From positions 1 to 64,000 of the IMG/VR virus record IMGVR_UViG_3300036770_003135: a stretch of 64,000 nt of DNA, one strand, 5' to 3'. This document shows, piece by piece, positions 40,306 to 50,400 of this stretch. The notes beneath the pieces are model-generated. The model saw only the letters and a list, made by a program, of their open reading frames with translations. It had not been told where the DNA came from and searched no databases. The translations under genes were made by a program, and so were the position numbers. How positions within the stretch are numbered: position 1 is the first letter of the stretch; every line of letters begins with the position of its first letter. The DNA comes from a virus.

Positions 40306-40373
40306 ATGACTCTATTTTTTAAATAAATAGAGTGTTTTGTATTTTTAATATTACTAATTTACTTACATTTCCT

Positions 40374-41753
40374 TTAGTTATTTTGTTCTCTTTGTTTTCT
40401 TTTTTCTAATAAATCTTTAATTCTTTGTCTATTGTTTTCTTCTTTTTGTTCTTCGTGACCTAAGAATGTTACTGAAGATTCTGTATCAATTTCCAACATA
40501 CTATTATCAAATTTACAATTTTCAAAGATAATACCATCATCCCCAATCCTTGATTTGGTAATAGCCATTGTGGCCAACTTCATTTCTTTTTGTTGAAGTG
40601 TTTTTGCTATAGATATAATTACGTGACCAACCTGAGCTTTTTTAATTGAACCACCCATTTGGTCTGTTGTTACAACCTCAGATGATATTGAACTTCTATT
40701 ACCCTGTGTTGCAGTCCAACCAACCAAATTAAGTTCGTGACACATTGCTTCAAATCCTCTCATTACCGAACCCTCTGATTTCCATTCATCACCCAAGTTT
40801 TTCTCAGGGACAACACAATCGATATAATCTAATAAAACCATATCCACTTTTATACCATCGGCTATCTTCTTTCTAATAAGATTCTTGATTTGTGACATTG
40901 TCATTGTATCAGATGGAAGTTTCTCCAAGATAAGTTGATTTGTCATTTTATTTTCAATCTCCTTAACTTTAGATAAAACTTCTTCCTTTTTATTAGACAA
41001 ATCATCAGGATGGATTTTAGTCCACAATGTAAAATGTTTTCTTTGAATAACCTTGCGATTATCCTCAAAAAATATTTGAAGTACATTATAACCCAAATTA
41101 AAAGCGTGGTTGGCAATCTTGGTTAGGATAGTTGATTTACCTACACCAGTTGGGGCTAATATAACCCCAATTTCACCTTTTGCCAAACCACCTTTTAAAA
41201 GTCTATCAATTCCTGGTATTCCCATTGGAATTGGATGTCTATAATCTTCATTTAAAACATCATCCAAATTGGAAAATACATTCAACATTCCGCTTTCAAC
41301 AATTCCGACCTGAAGAGCTTCACGTATCATTTCTTCAAGAGTATCGTAATTCTCAAACTCACCACCATCAATTACTTTTTGTGCTTTAGTAATCGCTTTT
41401 TGTAGTTCTTGTTGTTTGCAAAACTTTAATGCTTTTTCTTGAACAAACTCTCCACCAGATATTGGTGCTTCTTTGATTTTTCTAATTGTGTCAATAACAA
41501 CTTTGGCAACATTTTCTTGTTGGAACTCCGATTTTGTTATTTGTTCTAAAGTTTCAAAAGAAGGTACACCATCCCATTTTTGACTATACTCTTTAATCAT
41601 CTGAATGATGATTTTGAAGTACTTGTTATCAAAATAATTTGGTTCTATTACATCTACAATAGACCTAGAAAATTCTTTATCTAGTACAATTTGATTAAGA
41701 AGTTGTATCTGAAATGAGCTCCCTAAATAATCGAAATTTTTGTTAGATGACAT
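40374..41753 (-). CDS. Replicative DnaB-family helicase (T4 gp41-like)
   Basis: APTGVGKS Walker A, LLDYID Walker B, WTATQGNR, KSRIG. Confidence 0.9.
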   Translation of the reverse strand: MSSNKNFDYLGSSFQIQLLNQIVLDKEFSRSIVDVIEPNYFDNKYFKIIIQMIKEYSQKWDGVPSFETLEQITKSEFQQENVAKVVIDTIRKIKEAPISGGEFVQEKALKFCKQQELQKAITKAQKVIDGGEFENYDTLEEMIREALQVGIVESGMLNVFSNLDDVLNEDYRHPIPMGIPGIDRLLKGGLAKGEIGVILAPTGVGKSTILTKIANHAFNLGYNVLQIFFEDNRKVIQRKHFTLWTKIHPDDLSNKKEEVLSKVKEIENKMTNQLILEKLPSDTMTMSQIKNLIRKKIADGIKVDMVLLDYIDCVVPEKNLGDEWKSEGSVMRGFEAMCHELNLVGWTATQGNRSSISSEVVTTDQMGGSIKKAQVGHVIISIAKTLQQKEMKLATMAITKSRIGDDGIIFENCKFDNSMLEIDTESSVTFLGHEEQKEENNRQRIKDLLEKRKQREQNN

Positions 41754-41780
41754 ATGTTTGAATTGTTGTATGAATAAATA

Positions 41781-42236
41781 TTAGACTAGTGTGGTATATC
41801 CCAAATAATTAAATGTTAAATCTTTTTCGGACAAAATATCCGTTAAATCATATAAAACACCTTTGATTTGTTGACGAATATCCACAGTATATCTGATTTT
41901 TGGGGGATATATCTTAGCATCAATTTTTCTATGACAGATTATTCTATCATTTTGTTTTATAAAAATGTTAAAATACTCAGGTCCTTCTACAAAGGAAGTA
42001 TTAAGAATTGTTGGGTTGTTTGTGATGTCATATTGGTTTTCCAATAGATAACTCACTGATTTCATTTTTAACGAATAATTAAGATTTTCAACCAACCCAT
42101 TCATATATTCTAAAAATTCAATTGAATTCTTGGCTTTTGGATTGTAATCTCTTACATTGAAAAATCTTTGTACGATAATATTATCGTTTACCATCATCAA
42201 GAATTCCAGTTTGGTTACATCATTTTGTTCTCTCAT
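41781..42236 (-). CDS. Hypothetical protein
   Basis: Co-oriented ORF in the replication block. Confidence 0.6.
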   Translation of the reverse strand: MREQNDVTKLEFLMMVNDNIIVQRFFNVRDYNPKAKNSIEFLEYMNGLVENLNYSLKMKSVSYLLENQYDITNNPTILNTSFVEGPEYFNIFIKQNDRIICHRKIDAKIYPPKIRYTVDIRQQIKGVLYDLTDILSEKDLTFNYLGYTTLV

Positions 42237-42242
42237 TGTTAA

Positions 42243-43250
42243 TCATTTTTTTGTTTTAAAATTGTGTTTTTCTTTTCTTGTAAGTTTCAAAAATGGTTTT
42301 AAAAAATTTACCCAAGCATCATCACCTTTTGGAAGAAATTTAAAGAACCCATCTTCCATCATCATCTTTATTAGATTTCTATGTCCTCTACCATCAGGGT
42401 CTAATGTCTCCTTATAATAAAGTTCAACCATCTCTTTTCCTTCATCGTCAATTAATGGTTGGGACAAATCTACAATCTTTTTATTGATTTGAAAGAATTC
42501 ATCACCATATATTCCTGTCTTTGTTTTTCCTGTTAAAAGGTTTTTAATGGTATTGTTTTCTTTGTCTTCTTTCAAAAGGTTTTCAGCCTTGGTTAAAATA
42601 TCGTCAATTGTTACGTCTTGTTCAAGTAGTTCAGGAAAAAATTTAAATAAAGTTTTATCACCCAAATAATATATCCCATCAATATTATCTGATTTATCAC
42701 CACATAATACCTTGTATGTCAAAATATTATTATGTGGAATTGAATGTTCTTTTAATTTAATCTTATCCCCATTTTTATATAATTGTTTTGCAGATGGTGA
42801 ATAAATTGATACATTTGGGGATATAAGTTGTGTTAAATCCTTATCAGATGAGAATATTGTAATTGATTCATCTGTTGCAATCTGACAATAATAAGCAATT
42901 AAATCATCAGCTTCATTATTCTCAATATTAACTTGTCTAATAAACATTTCTTCCAAATATTGTTTAACCCTTTCCTTTTGATATGAGAAAGATTCTTCTT
43001 TAAACACATTGGAATCAACTACCCTATTTTCTTTATATTGGGGATATATAATCTTTCTTTTACTTGAATTACCTTCACCATCCCAAAAAGCAATTACTTT
43101 ATCAAAATTGTATTCTTCAATAAACCTTTTGGTTGTATTTAAAAAGTGCCAAATACCCCCAATATGATTACCATTGTGGTAATATTCTTTAACCCCATGA
43201 AATCCAATCTTCATTAGGTTATTACCATCAATTAATAATGTTTTTGTCAT
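42243..43250 (-). CDS. 5'-3' exonuclease / flap endonuclease (PolI N-terminal, T4 RNase H-like)
   Basis: LLIDGNN, YKENR, EADD, SSDKDLTQL, GDKSDNIDG. Confidence 0.92.
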   Translation of the reverse strand: MTKTLLIDGNNLMKIGFHGVKEYYHNGNHIGGIWHFLNTTKRFIEEYNFDKVIAFWDGEGNSSKRKIIYPQYKENRVVDSNVFKEESFSYQKERVKQYLEEMFIRQVNIENNEADDLIAYYCQIATDESITIFSSDKDLTQLISPNVSIYSPSAKQLYKNGDKIKLKEHSIPHNNILTYKVLCGDKSDNIDGIYYLGDKTLFKFFPELLEQDVTIDDILTKAENLLKEDKENNTIKNLLTGKTKTGIYGDEFFQINKKIVDLSQPLIDDEGKEMVELYYKETLDPDGRGHRNLIKMMMEDGFFKFLPKGDDAWVNFLKPFLKLTRKEKHNFKTKK

Positions 43251-43259
43251 TAATTTTTT

Positions 43260-44267
43260 TTAAGGGTTAACAAAATTGTTTTCTTCTTTTTTGAATTCGG
43301 ATGTGATGTATTCACCCAAAAATTCTGTAAATATTGCTTCCATCACAGGCACACATATTGAATTACCAGCCAAGGCAACGTGATTGTTTGTTGTTAGACT
43401 TGTTGATAATAATTTATCAATGTCTTCTTCTCTAACACCCATAAATCGATAACCTTCTCTACCAGTAATTGTTCTAATTCTACCATCCTCTGTCATAATT
43501 TGTGGTGAACCAGTTGTCGTTAAACAAGGTGAACAACCATCAATGGAATAGATACGTCTTGCTTGGTCATATTTAACATCGTTTCTACGTCCCACAAGTC
43601 TACACACACTATTTTTTTTAGGTTCGTTAGGTGTAACTTCACATTCAATAAATAAGTCCTCCACAATGTCATTTTCAATGAATGGTTTCATTGGTACTCT
43701 TTCTTTCCTATGTTTCTCAACTCCGTTCATTATTGATTCAACATCTTCATTTGTCATTCCAAAAACTGACATCATAAAGACTCTCTCCCTATTTTGGGGA
43801 CAACCATAGTCAGCACCATTTAAAACCCTCCAAGAACATCCATATCCCAACTCATTTAAGAATGATATATGAGCTTTAAAGTTATCTATATGGTTGTGAG
43901 ATACCAAGTTTTTAACATTCTCCATCAAAAGATACTTTGGTTGATTCTTTGTTAAAATTCTCTCAACTTCATATAATAAACCACTTCTTGTGCCTTTTTG
44001 AATTCCTTTTTGAACTCCTGATATTGATATATCTTGACAAGGGAATGAGTAAGTCATTAGGTCACATTGGGGGTAATTGTCCTCGTTTACCGTAGAAATG
44101 TCCCCCAAGTTACCCAATGTTGTTGTATGTAATGAATCGTAAGCAATATTCGCGGTTTTGAGGATGTCACAATTTGCAACATTCTCAAAATCAACACCAA
44201 TATATTTTAGTGCCAATTCTTGTGTCCCATAACCCGAAAATAGTGATATTACTTTTAACTTATTCAT
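43260..44267 (-). CDS. DNA cytosine-5 methyltransferase
   Basis: Motifs FSGYG, FPCQ, ENV, QNRER and AGNS. Confidence 0.92.
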   Translation of the reverse strand: MNKLKVISLFSGYGTQELALKYIGVDFENVANCDILKTANIAYDSLHTTTLGNLGDISTVNEDNYPQCDLMTYSFPCQDISISGVQKGIQKGTRSGLLYEVERILTKNQPKYLLMENVKNLVSHNHIDNFKAHISFLNELGYGCSWRVLNGADYGCPQNRERVFMMSVFGMTNEDVESIMNGVEKHRKERVPMKPFIENDIVEDLFIECEVTPNEPKKNSVCRLVGRRNDVKYDQARRIYSIDGCSPCLTTTGSPQIMTEDGRIRTITGREGYRFMGVREEDIDKLLSTSLTTNNHVALAGNSICVPVMEAIFTEFLGEYITSEFKKEENNFVNP

Positions 44268-44273
44268 ATTTTT

Positions 44274-45281
44274 TTAATCTTCGTAAGAAATATCATTTAT
44301 TTCAGAAATACTTTCATCTAATGTAATTTCACCAGTACCACTTAGAATTGCATTCCAATATTGTGAATATTCTTTTTTATATTTCTCCAAAGCTTCTTTA
44401 GTATCCGAGATATATCCTTGAGGGACTGCAATTATTTTACCATCATTATAACCAAGTCCATTTACGTGATTCTTTATGATTGATATTTTTGTTCTAATTG
44501 CGTATCGAATAGTTCTACCATTTTTCGTTGCTGTAATGTGATTAATACCAGCCTTTTTTTGATTACCAAATAAGAAAACTAAAGATGATGCTAACCATAA
44601 CGCCTCACCACCTTTTGCTTTAATTTCTGGTTGTCCAAAAGGATTATCAGGTAAATCAACCCAAGGTTGGTTAACTACTACCATAGTATTGTAATAAGGA
44701 TAATCTTCTTTTTTTGATTTGGCAATCCTTGAGTGGATACCCATACCAATTTTATCGGCTAAAACTGATGCGTTGTGCATTTTACCACCTTTACCTTCAA
44801 AAGTCATTTTACAAGGAATTGAGCCCACAGAGTCCCATAGGAATAATAAATTATATGGTAATTCTCCTTTTTCTTGAGCATCTATTAAATCATTAACGTA
44901 ATCAGTAGCTTGCTCAATATAATCAAAACTATCATTAAAAATAAAATCACCATCCCATTCACCTTCATCGTTTTGTACTGCGTTTAATCCTAATTCAACT
45001 GCGTGACTCCAACTCCATTTCTTTTCAGTGATTATAAAAACGGGTAAATGTCCTTTTTTTTGTGCATCAACTCCACTAAGAATCATTGCAGTGGTTTTAC
45101 TACTATTTGAGTGCCCCAAAAACATATTAATCCCTCCCATAATAGGACCTGGTAATCCACAAGCATCCATAAAAGCATCACCACAATTATAATAACTTTC
45201 TGGTTTGTATTTTGTTTTAGTTGAAAACTTGGACTTTATTGAGTCCAAGCTTATCTCTTTTTTCTTAATTGCCATATTCAA
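44274..45281 (-). CDS. RecA/UvsX-like recombinase
   Basis: GHSNSSKTT P-loop, LWDSVGS, VVNQ, KGGEAL, KNHV; next to the SSB gene. Confidence 0.8.
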   Translation of the reverse strand: MNMAIKKKEISLDSIKSKFSTKTKYKPESYYNCGDAFMDACGLPGPIMGGINMFLGHSNSSKTTAMILSGVDAQKKGHLPVFIITEKKWSWSHAVELGLNAVQNDEGEWDGDFIFNDSFDYIEQATDYVNDLIDAQEKGELPYNLLFLWDSVGSIPCKMTFEGKGGKMHNASVLADKIGMGIHSRIAKSKKEDYPYYNTMVVVNQPWVDLPDNPFGQPEIKAKGGEALWLASSLVFLFGNQKKAGINHITATKNGRTIRYAIRTKISIIKNHVNGLGYNDGKIIAVPQGYISDTKEALEKYKKEYSQYWNAILSGTGEITLDESISEINDISYED

Positions 45282-45492
45282 TATTATTATATTTAATAAA
45301 TTCTTTTAATTTTTCAACTTTTAGAATAGTATTAGAAAATGTATTTAAATAAACATCAATTTCATTTAAATAATCTTCTTGTATTTCATCTGTTTGTTTT
45401 CTGAAAAACATCAATAATGTTTTTTCAGTTTCTAAAAGTTCAAGCTCATATTTTTCCATAAGAGCTGAATACAATTTTTCCGAATTATTCAT
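45265..45492 (-). CDS. Hypothetical helical protein
   Basis: Start moved to ATG 45492 because the upstream ATG lies inside a terminator hairpin. Confidence 0.55.
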   Translation of the reverse strand: MNNSEKLYSALMEKYELELLETEKTLLMFFRKQTDEIQEDYLNEIDVYLNTFSNTILKVEKLKEFIKYNNIEYGN

Positions 45493-45501
45493 AAAAGTGT
45501 T

Positions 45502-45528
45502 AAAAAACCCCATTGATTAATGGGGTTT
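45502..45528 (-). terminator. Intrinsic terminator after SSB
   Basis: aaaccccatt/aatggggttt stem plus U-tract. Confidence 0.7.
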
Positions 45529-45543
45529 GATTAATAAATAATT

Positions 45544-46392
45544 TTAAAATGGTAAATCACCATCAACATCAAAGTCAGCTTGTGGGTCTTCATAAGAAGA
45601 AGATTTACCACCAAATGATACTTCACCCACCTCAGAGTTTCCATACACATAACCACCCTTTTCACTATCCCATTTTGGTGTTTCACCTTTTGCAATAGCT
45701 TCCAAGTATTCAACTGGTTTTTTAGAATAAACATCAGCCCAAGTTAATTCATCATTTACCCAAGAGTCAGCCTTAGACTTATCAGAATGAATTGGTGCTG
45801 GGTCATCATACATAATTGTTTGTATAACTGTGTATGTAGCACCTTTTGGTGTTTTGGCTTTGGTCATTTCAAGGATAATGTCTCTACCTTTTTCAGGGTC
45901 AGTTACATCACCTTTAGCACGGAAGATAGGAATTAGTTTGTCTAATATACCTTCGTTTTTGTAGTTATGTTTAAATCTCCAAAATTTTACACCATCTTGT
46001 TCGTTGTCACGATCAATTAATTTAACGATGTAAAATTTACGAGGTTTATATTGTTTGGCAAGTTCTTTGTCAGCATCTTTACCAGTTGCCATAAGTTCTT
46101 CATATACCTCAGAGAGTGGTGAACGTTCATTGTCGTTCTTTCCTGGGTCATAGAACTTTTGCCATTTACCATCAACTTGGATTTCGTGAAACCACACTTC
46201 TTTAAAAGGAGAAGTACCATCGTTTGTTGGTAAAATTCTTAGTCTTTTTTGTCCTTGTTTTTCATTGTCTTTAAGAAGAGCTGCGAAGTATTTCTTCATT
46301 CTCTCATCTTGAGACATTTTGTTAGTGTTTGTACTTGATTTTTGTGATTGCTCGTACTGAGCCAAAATCGCATCTAAAGGATTTGTCGCCAT
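45544..46392 (-). CDS. Single-stranded DNA-binding protein (T4 gp32-like)
   Basis: RLRILP...PF...FH, GVKFWRF, DVTDPEKGRD, acidic tail ending DGDLPF. Confidence 0.8.
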   Translation of the reverse strand: MATNPLDAILAQYEQSQKSSTNTNKMSQDERMKKYFAALLKDNEKQGQKRLRILPTNDGTSPFKEVWFHEIQVDGKWQKFYDPGKNDNERSPLSEVYEELMATGKDADKELAKQYKPRKFYIVKLIDRDNEQDGVKFWRFKHNYKNEGILDKLIPIFRAKGDVTDPEKGRDIILEMTKAKTPKGATYTVIQTIMYDDPAPIHSDKSKADSWVNDELTWADVYSKKPVEYLEAIAKGETPKWDSEKGGYVYGNSEVGEVSFGGKSSSYEDPQADFDVDGDLPF

Positions 46393-46427
46393 GTTTTTTA
46401 AATTTTTAAATTAGAAAATATTATACA

Positions 46428-46459
46428 CAATAATAAGTGTCAGTCGTGAGTTTGTCAAA
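46428..46459 (-). promoter_or_regulatory. Host-RNAP promoter upstream of the SSB/replication block
   Basis: Minus strand TTGACA-17-TATTAT, which also reads TTTG-20-TATTATTG (one mismatch to the Bacteroidota -7 box). Confidence 0.65.
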
Positions 46460-46469
46460 TAAAGTTCTA

Positions 46470-47180
46470 TTATATTTTTTTGAATCCTAATACATCATTT
46501 TCTGGAGTCATTTCATCATCACCAAAATCTCTAAAACTTCTTTTAATTTCGTTTGGTGAATAACTTTCAATTTCGTCAGATGTTAATACATATTCATTTT
46601 TTCCTGATTTTTCCATTTCATCTTCTTTTTCATCAAAAAATTGTGATAACTTTTGATTGAAAGGTCCAGAATCTAAAGTCCTTAATTCTAATTTTTCTTC
46701 AGGTGTTTTAACTCTATATTTTTCTATTTTTGTTTCAATTGAATTTAGTCTATCCATAATGTTATCCATTGCTGATAGTTTGTTTTCCAAATCTGTTAAA
46801 TGATTAAATAACGAATCAAAATATTGTTCTTGTTTCTCCTCAACAGATTTTTGACTTTTAACTAAATCAGTTACCTCAATTTCTTTTTTGTTTTCATCAT
46901 CAATCTTTTGAACTTCTGGATCACTTTCAATATCAATTGGTTTAGCTTCTGTTGTTGACGCACCCTCAGTACCACTAGGAGGTGGTGGTGGAACAGCCCC
47001 TATGTCAGTACCACTAGGAGGTGGTGGTGGAGCAGCCCCTATGTCAGTACCAGGAGGAGGAGGTGGTGTAGCCCCCATATCACCGCCTGGAGGAGGTGGT
47101 GGAACATCTTGTTCAAATAAATAATTATTAATTTCTTTGTATCTAAAAATTTCTTTTAAAATTTTTTTATCTATGTTCAT
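46470..47180 (-). CDS. Proline-rich/coiled-coil protein, possible head core/scaffold-type
   Basis: KKILKE...LFEQ N-terminus, four poly-Pro repeats, coiled coil. Confidence 0.55.
   Translation of the reverse strand: MNIDKKILKEIFRYKEINNYLFEQDVPPPPPGGDMGATPPPPPGTDIGAAPPPPPSGTDIGAVPPPPPSGTEGASTTEAKPIDIESDPEVQKIDDENKKEIEVTDLVKSQKSVEEKQEQYFDSLFNHLTDLENKLSAMDNIMDRLNSIETKIEKYRVKTPEEKLELRTLDSGPFNQKLSQFFDEKEDEMEKSGKNEYVLTSDEIESYSPNEIKRSFRDFGDDEMTPENDVLGFKKI
46968..47102. repeat. 36-39 bp tandem repeat encoding PPPPP(S)G(T/G)D(I/M)GA
   Basis: Repeated ...ggtggtgg..cagcccctatgtcagtacca units. Confidence 0.8.
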
Positions 47181-47184
47181 TTTG

Positions 47185-47409
47185 TTATCCGTTTAAAAGT
47201 TGTTTTATTCCATTGGTTGTTTCAACCTGAATTTTTTTATTAGTTTTAATTGTATTATCTACCCTTTCAATTAAACCATCTTTCATTCTTACAGTATAAC
47301 ATTCACCAGTTTGTAAGTCACAAACTTGTTTTGTTCCATCACCCATATCCTTTTCAGTCGTTTGAGTTTTTCTACCTAAGTAGTTTTCTAGTATATTTTT
47401 AACTTCCAT
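47185..47409 (-). CDS. Hypothetical protein (74 aa)
   Basis: Co-oriented ORF with upstream TATTTAT motif. Confidence 0.6.
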   Translation of the reverse strand: MEVKNILENYLGRKTQTTEKDMGDGTKQVCDLQTGECYTVRMKDGLIERVDNTIKTNKKIQVETTNGIKQLLNG

Positions 47410-47450
47410 ATTTTTTTTATTATAAATATTACAATTCTGTTAATTGTTCA

Positions 47451-50400
47451 TCAAATATTTCGATATTTATTCAAAGCTATTTTTATTTCTTTTTTTAACT
47501 TATCATAATCATCTTTATTTGAAGTTTTAAAACTTTCAAAAAATGCCCCATTGTCATTAATAATTTTAGATGGGTCTCTGTTATAAATTATAAATTTAGC
47601 AATACTCTCAATTACAATATTTTCATCTGAATTTGTTATATCAACAATTTGTAATCTTTGATTATTACCCCACCACTCAACAAAAAATCGTGTGTGTAAT
47701 GCTAAACTCCCAAATACCGCCATTGGTTTAACTTGATTAACATTTGGTGTTGGTTGATTATTTCTATTTGGGGTATTATTACCTTCCGGTTTTGTATTAC
47801 CTTCCGGTATTGTATTACCTTCCGGTATTGCATTTGTATTACCTTCCGGTATTGTATTACCTTCCGGTATTGCATTACCAGATACGTTTTTACAAAAATA
47901 TTCTAATTTAGTTTCAAAATATTGTGATTTTGGTCCCCAATATTGTAATAAATCAATTCCACCAAAGTTATTATAATTTGCTGCAAATCCTGTTGATGTA
48001 CCATTTTGAAAATATAAATAACTAAATATTACTATTGCTAGTTTTTCATTAGGTGACTTACTAGCATTAGTAATACTTGATAATATTGCTGATTTCATTT
48101 GTTCAAATTTAACAACATTTTCACTTGTTGGTGATAGGGTTTCGGTAAATTGACTGTACTGACTTACATTTGGTTTACAATTCGGTGTTTGTGTTGTTGC
48201 TGTTGAATTTTTATCTTGGCTACCTAACCTAGTTTTTTCATTGATTATATTTGTTGGTGATATCGGTTGCGCATTTTTTACAATTGTTTCTTCAATTTTT
48301 TTAACTAAATTAGTTCTTAATCCTTGTAAAAAATTTTCCAAAATAGGTAAAGAAGTAATTGGTTGTCTAACACCAACAATTTCAGTGTTAAAATCACCTG
48401 GTGATATTGAGTGGTTAACTTCAGTAATCATATAAGGACCACTAAACATTGGTACATACCTCAAATTAAAATACATTGTCGGTTGTATTAAAGCGTTACC
48501 CATCATAGATAAGTTACAAGTATAACTTCTATTTTTATAAACAGAATAAAGTGACATATTTTGTGTTGCAATATTTCTATGTCCACCTTGATTCGCCATT
48601 TGGTTTAATATTTCCAAAGCTTCAGATGTTGCAAGTCCAGAATTTTGACCAACTGAAAAACTTTTAAATATTTGTTGGTTTTGTACTCCAATGTCAACAT
48701 TAAAACCAACCACTTTATTTGATTTATCATAGTCTTTTTTATTTAAAAGTGATTCGTTCATAGGATTTTCAGATTCTTTTAATATATCAAAAGCATCATC
48801 TCTGAATTTGTAATCCACATTATCTTTTAAATCAACATATTGACTTGGTCTATCAATAAATTGACAAACTAACTTAGATGAAGAATCTCTATAATCCACA
48901 TTTAAAAATGTACCAAATAAATTATTAGCAAATTCCAAAGTCCCTTCTGGTTTTGGTCTCGCATCAGCTGAAACATTTTGTAACCCATAAAAATTAATAT
49001 ATGATGGTAATGTCATAACAACAAAACCATTTGTTTCAATGATTGTTTGTATAAAAGATAAAACATCAACATTTAACATTATTTTAGTTGGGTCAATCAT
49101 ATCTTTTAAACCAAAAATATCAACTAAAACTTTATCCCCAATATTCCTACTAGCTCGGTCAACTAACATAACATCTTCAAATAATGTTTTGTTTTTATAA
49201 TCATTACCCGCAATCCATTTATCATTCATAGCCTTAAACGTTTCCCATAGTTCCAATTTAGTCTGTGGGTCACCATCTAATTGATTTGGATTAACTTTTT
49301 TTTCTGTTTTTTCAATTTTCCCAATACTACTAATTAATCTAGGCCAAAAATCATTTATAATTTGTTCAATTATACTTTGATTATTTAATAAATAAAAATC
49401 CATTTTGTTTTTAAAAAACTCAAACCCACCAGGATTTGTTAATGGGATTACGGTAGTGATTGTTAAATTACCTGGTAATGTTTGTAATATATCATTTTTT
49501 ATAAAATCTAAATCTTTATCATTAGAATATATTTTTTCTAATACTAAAATATTTGATTCTTTTACTCTAGCAATTTTATTTGATATATTTTGAATAATAT
49601 CAAATGTTTTTCCATCACTTAAATTTGCGCTATAAATTAATAAATCTTCATTTAGTGGTTGACTTGTATTAATTATATTAGATTGATTTTGATTTAATTT
49701 CTGAGTTGCATATAATTTTATTATTGGTGCAAAATTTTTTATATTTTGTTCAGTAAAAGCAACATTGAAATCAATAAAAAAATCAAATATGTATGAATTT
49801 GTAGTGTAACCTAATTCATTTATTGTAGAAAATCCTACATAAGTTTTTAAAACATCTAATTCATTTTTATATTGAATTGTACTAGTAGGTGTTAGAGGAA
49901 ATACATCAGGAGTTGTTGTTGTGTATTTTTGCCATTGAAACTTATCAGTCAAAGGTAAATTAGAAAATGAGTAGAATAATCTTTGATTATAATTACTAGG
50001 ATTACCATAAAGAAAATATATGTCCTCTTCTAAAAAATTATTAATTACACTATTAATTTGTTTAATTTGTTTTTTAGCTAGGTCGAATAATTTGTTTACA
50101 CTATTTTCCGGTATTACATTACCTTCCGGTATTACATTACCTTCTGGTATTGCATTACCTTCCGGTATTGCATTACCACTACCTATTGTCATTAAACTCC
50201 TCATTAACAATTGGAAATTGTAATACTTAATTGTTACTGATTTAGTGTCAGTAAGTTTAGTTGTAAAATTTGTTATTGGTTTTGAAAAATTCAAAAATTC
50301 ATCCCTAAATGAGTTTAATATTTCTGTATCAAAAATAGAAAATAATTCTTCAATTTTAGAATAATTTATAACATTATTATTGATTGAAAAATTTTGTTGT

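Noticed and set aside
36193-41753. Introns or inteins in nrdA, nrdB or helicase
   Set aside because: All have normal lengths and uninterrupted motifs.
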